64,000 nucleotides of DNA, taken from a virus (taxonomy: Duplodnaviria; Caudoviricetes). The position numbers were made by a program, and so were the translations under genes. Within the stretch, counting starts at the first letter, position 1; every line of letters starts with the position of its first letter. This document shows positions 62,401-64,000 of this stretch, piece after piece. The notes beneath the pieces were generated by a model. The model made no database searches. It was not told where the DNA came from and saw nothing but the letters and a program-made list of their open reading frames with translations. The stretch is from the IMG/VR virus record IMGVR_UViG_3300044973_000253, positions 32,001 to 96,000 of that record; one strand, written 5' to 3'.

Positions 62401-64000
62401 AATATTATAATCACTTAATGATGAACCTACCAACCATTTATCCCATAATCGTTTTAATGAATTATATATAGAAATCTTTGTGTCTATCTGCTGATTTGGG
62501 TCCTCTTCGTTTACCAAAGAAACGGCGGTATCTACTACTTCATTGGTGGCTGCTGATAATGCGTTATTTAGAACAGATGCATTTAAAAGTTCGTCTTTTA
62601 ATTGTTGCATAAAATAAGAACAATACTCAACCATATTATTCTTATATCCATTATTCAATACAACTAATGACTCGTTTATTAATAATTCAACATCTTTAGT
62701 TAAAGAAGTTACTGCTTCTGATTTTAAAAATTCATCAGAAAAAGTATAATCAAAACCTAATAAATTATCAAATGCAGATAAATTCCATCCACTTTTACCA
62801 GATTTTTTTATTTCATTTTCTATGTTTGTCTGTAAATCTCCATTCTGTTTGAGAGCAGCATCCATATTAAATTCCAAATTATTTCTAAAATATCCAAATC
62901 CATTTCCATCATCAGCCCAATTCATAAAATATTTAGCCAACACAAAATTATCAATTGGAATTATTGTCGGTGTATATTTAACCATACACTTGGAATTTGT
63001 AGAATTAACTGTATATAATAGTCCGTCATTAAACAAATAAGCCCAACATAAAGAACCCAAGTAAAGCAATTCTATTTTAGGATAACTAATATAAGATTGT
63101 TTCTTATTAAAACAAGATAACATTATATCTGTTATATTTATAACTACACTGGACCCGTAATATTGTATCATCGAACCACTTCCTCCCATTTGAGTATTAT
63201 CTAAGAATAGAGCTGCCCTTTGATACGATCCCTTGTTCCCATAATAATCAATATCATTAAATACATTAGCATCCGATTTTATACTTTTAGGATTTCCATT
63301 GTCATCCAATATATCATAACGTCTCTCCTTGCATTCCTGTTGAATGGTCCATCGTTTCATATTTACGAATCTATCATGTAAAAAACCGAATGAACTTGAA
63401 GAAATTAAATTTTGAAAAGCTGAACTATTAATAATATTACAGTTTTCATCTATGATAACATATTCTTTAAAAGTATCAAGAGTATAAGCATCTGGATGTT
63501 CTTTTATCCATGTTTGTACTTCTTGTAAATGTGATTTATGGATATACCATCCATTTGACAAGACATCAGGAATAAATACCCATCTCCAACCATTAGAGGG
63601 TACTTCACCATTAGTTTCAGAAGATACATTGGAATCTGTAACCAAAGAATTTATCGTATCTATATTATTTGACGGCTTTATCGCAATATTATATCCTTTT
63701 CTATTGAAAAGATTATTATCTTTTGCGACTAATTTCGATAAATCTCCCTGTTTGTATTTTTTTATTTTATCTCCATCTGTAATGTTTTGTAATCCTTTTC
63801 CTTGCATTATATTCAACATGCCTTCTCCAAGTGTTCCAAAATCACTTACCGCTCCAATCTTATCCTTAAACGAATCCGAAATAATGTCTTTATAAGCATA
63901 ATAAAAATTTTTAGCATCCATTATACCACAATGATATGCATAATCTTTAACATCAGCATATTTGGAATTAATTCTTGTAATATTCATTCCCATTGTGTTA
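59470..64000 (-). CDS. large virion protein with a C-terminal M23 peptidase (baseplate hub/tail lysin-like); 5' end probably outside window
   Basis: HSGIDF, YTHM and GKSTGIHCHFE motifs; a hub-like MMGCCWIQPLMYF..PMFRGTYMI segment; the frame stays open to the window edge. Confidence 0.8.
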   Translation of the reverse strand, partial: NTMGMNITRINSKYADVKDYAYHCGIMDAKNFYYAYKDIISDSFKDKIGAVSDFGTLGEGMLNIMQGKGLQNITDGDKIKKYKQGDLSKLVAKDNNLFNRKGYNIAIKPSNNIDTINSLVTDSNVSSETNGEVPSNGWRWVFIPDVLSNGWYIHKSHLQEVQTWIKEHPDAYTLDTFKEYVIIDENCNIINSSAFQNLISSSSFGFLHDRFVNMKRWTIQQECKERRYDILDDNGNPKSIKSDANVFNDIDYYGNKGSYQRAALFLDNTQMGGSGSMIQYYGSSVVINITDIMLSCFNKKQSYISYPKIELLYLGSLCWAYLFNDGLLYTVNSTNSKCMVKYTPTIIPIDNFVLAKYFMNWADDGNGFGYFRNNLEFNMDAALKQNGDLQTNIENEIKKSGKSGWNLSAFDNLLGFDYTFSDEFLKSEAVTSLTKDVELLINESLVVLNNGYKNNMVEYCSYFMQQLKDELLNASVLNNALSAATNEVVDTAVSLVNEEDPNQQIDTKISIYNSLKRLWDKWLVGSSLSDYNIPNWFDKNFHFIDSFFTDIGDLILVDMSSMLEIYNDQLKQGQAFTLLQFITDVLGKTNMTFNVIQNWANLSDPETMKKAFVPVPYNSMVLPSNYATQSDFVTVYNYEPSHLLGDDSDESEYKGDSFMANNYDSLPQVIKDYDYQDLKIPAFSVSYGQQYQSYFHNIKVNTNKGQNTEWSIGAQMQIAQMGSDKVNKAVIFQGQDLYTIFSNVSYECTVSMMGCCWIQPLMYFCLTNIPMFRGTYMISKMSHSIRNGEMTTTFTGCRLPKIANRIVDNAFLNTQGNFDEEDSITRENAIASVENDCAYKFYNPLMQTQINASYEHTVNIVALKTYRPDYITKLGYDSVWDAIVSTINREFSNGVDNLSQKLVALCMFNQHALASKKKNGGWRNIFSSSFKGSKGSFNSGTEANVKSIFENPLSILGGKDELPLDIDLSGQYANRYGNIQAYSYNKPIGKIKDQKNSITKSSVYRIGQYSLNNSQFPEYTSSDSSINHHSSKYYFTYGRNQFVQIYEGCRTDDSEPIWTDSDLAEMKKDPNVPTDDKKSNGNNETLINGFVNAVSRTSQSVAAMACDVKVCSEGTDNWIIISACDSVSKKLLPQNNATLFDMIVRTGAGESQGYYGWFKHAIWLTSAKSQEYPDYILVQVIEKTDGTKNMRSITVQFSIASNIKSLKSTFTKSDLDKWQNHTYNNNKLIYSNGTGLDSVPKNWWKIMGKNIADKTTFKDTDTILNAYTYAFIDDSVTKKYWEKIKTYLLEDKALPCPANGDEVNDEYAFSNKDTDSIFKTSQSKIKMKTISSPISDFWGPFGNTSKTEIAQHKGSPWNPARTSPAPPEFHSGIDFSEKGVKGDRLVAGHDGIVLSCHQAAGFCNVIIVAYNLENKDGSILLGVYTHMDAESIYCTAGQIVKAGDILAKAGSCGKSTGIHCHFELWLMPKDSSGKYTFPGYNSFIAKTKENNHTNQYICNPEEYINFKTK

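Noticed and set aside
243-63895. Plus-strand ORFs in the ORF track
   Set aside because: They are antisense shadows of long minus-strand genes, or read-throughs of the repeat, with no recognisable motifs.
1-64000. Stop-codon reassignment (Lak/crAss-like)
   Set aside because: Code 11 already gives full-length, densely packed genes; only one isolated in-frame TAA was seen.
1-64000. tRNA/rRNA genes
   Set aside because: Intergenic gaps are short and explained by promoters and terminators; no cloverleaf signature was recognised by eye.

Overview
This is a gene-dense, AT-rich segment of a large, probably myovirus-like/jumbo, tailed phage, read in standard code 11 with almost every gene on the minus strand. 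The host is probably an anaerobic Bacteroidota, judged from TTTG-N19/21-TAnnTTTG promoters, A-rich SD-less starts and a class III RNR. Left to right it holds: two tandem EcoRI-family adenine methyltransferases (one frameshifted in a G11 tract), an Rnl2-type ligase, small putative head proteins, a sigma-70-family factor, a GT25, a PD-(D/E)XK nuclease split by a class-3 intein, a ~30 kb tail/baseplate block (two DUF285/BspA-repeat proteins, gp6- and gp25-like wedge genes), NrdD, a DnaB/gp41 helicase, a 5'-3' exonuclease, a gp32-like SSB and an M23-peptidase giant. The most striking feature is a dispersed family of cassettes at 40.7-57.0 kb. Each has a ~140-bp terminator+promoter repeat and a conserved ~25-aa N-terminal leader (MRRVRLTEGQLH..IR..V..(IL)NE) fused to variable payloads, with signs of shuffling between copies. 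I interpret it as a swappable capsid-targeted ('internal protein') payload system. All calls come from reading motifs by eye; no database searches were run.
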